A stretch of 27,105 nucleotides of DNA from Fidelibacterota bacterium (GTDB lineage: Bacteria; Fidelibacterota; UBA2242). The stretch is taken from positions 1 to 27,105 of the forward strand of contig JBNGDF010000030.1 of the NCBI GenBank assembly GCA_049975265.1, written 5' to 3'. This document shows positions 26,745 through 27,105 of this stretch, piece after piece (the first letter of the stretch is position 1; each line of letters starts with the position of its first letter). Below the pieces are notes generated by a model that worked only from the letters and a program-made list of their open reading frames with translations, ran no database searches and was not told the DNA's origin. Position numbers and translations under genes: made by a program.

Positions 26745-27105
26745 GGGCGACGATGTTTAAGGGAGCGGGTTTTCCCGGCATTGTGCTGCTGAATCCGCCG
26801 GATAAGGTCGGTGGTATAACCGATATAAAATCCTCCATCTTTTTCACTTTGGAGAATGTAAACGTAATACATGTGCGGAGAGACCGGGATTTCCCGCTTT
26901 CAGCGGGATACATCCCGCCGGAGGCGGGACGAACCCGGGAAACCAATCAATTTTTTAAAGGCTTCACCCCCTTTATAGGATTTGATCTGATTTTCCCGGA
27001 GTTTTGCTTCACTCAGCGAAGTGAATCTTTCAAAATAGACTATTTTCAAAGGGCGACGATGTTTAAGGGAGCGGGTTTTCCCGGCATTGTGCTGCTGAAT
27101 CCGCC
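26745..27105. repeat. 55-bp exact direct repeat (26745-26799 and 27051-27105, truncated by the window end) flanking a palindrome-rich non-coding segment
   Basis: GGGCGACGATGTTTAAGGGAGCGGGTTTTCCCGGCATTGTGCTGCTGAATCCGCC occurs twice, offset 306. Internal hairpins TCCCGCT-TTC-AGCGGGA and TCCCGCC-GGA-GGCGGGA. Confidence 0.9.

Overview
A 27 kb bacterial chromosomal window (GC roughly 50%, probably an anaerobe judging by the corrinoid activator and U32 protein; taxonomy cannot be fixed from sequence alone). It holds about 19 protein genes, including a membrane sensor gene at <1..679 (-) that the ORF track missed. In order: the sensor gene, a GAF protein, an ASKHA/RACo corrinoid reductive activator divergent from cobO-pheA, a Zn alcohol dehydrogenase, a 997-aa REC-multiPAS protein, an ECF sigma/anti-sigma/2x Spy-CpxP operon ending in a degenerate NadC homolog, a DAACS transporter, addA and addB split by an inverted phytol-kinase/DUF92 fusion gene, an RRM protein, a U32 protein, lepA and a CPBP protease. 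I found no rRNA, tRNA, CRISPR array, integrase or transposase. Most interesting: (1) two signalling proteins with different inputs end in the same small CxxC..SHGxCPxC module in place of any recognised output domain; (2) an unannotated array of about 11 degenerate 21-bp mini-palindromic units between convergent genes (13689-13919); (3) a full-length NadC homolog lacking most active-site residues; (4) a nucleotide-identical, non-tandem 378-bp PAS-domain duplication; (5) a structured ~180-nt leader with an anti-SD loop upstream of the RRM gene; (6) several apparently leaderless genes; (7) a palindrome-rich repeat at the right end. All calls come from reading motifs by eye, with no database searches.
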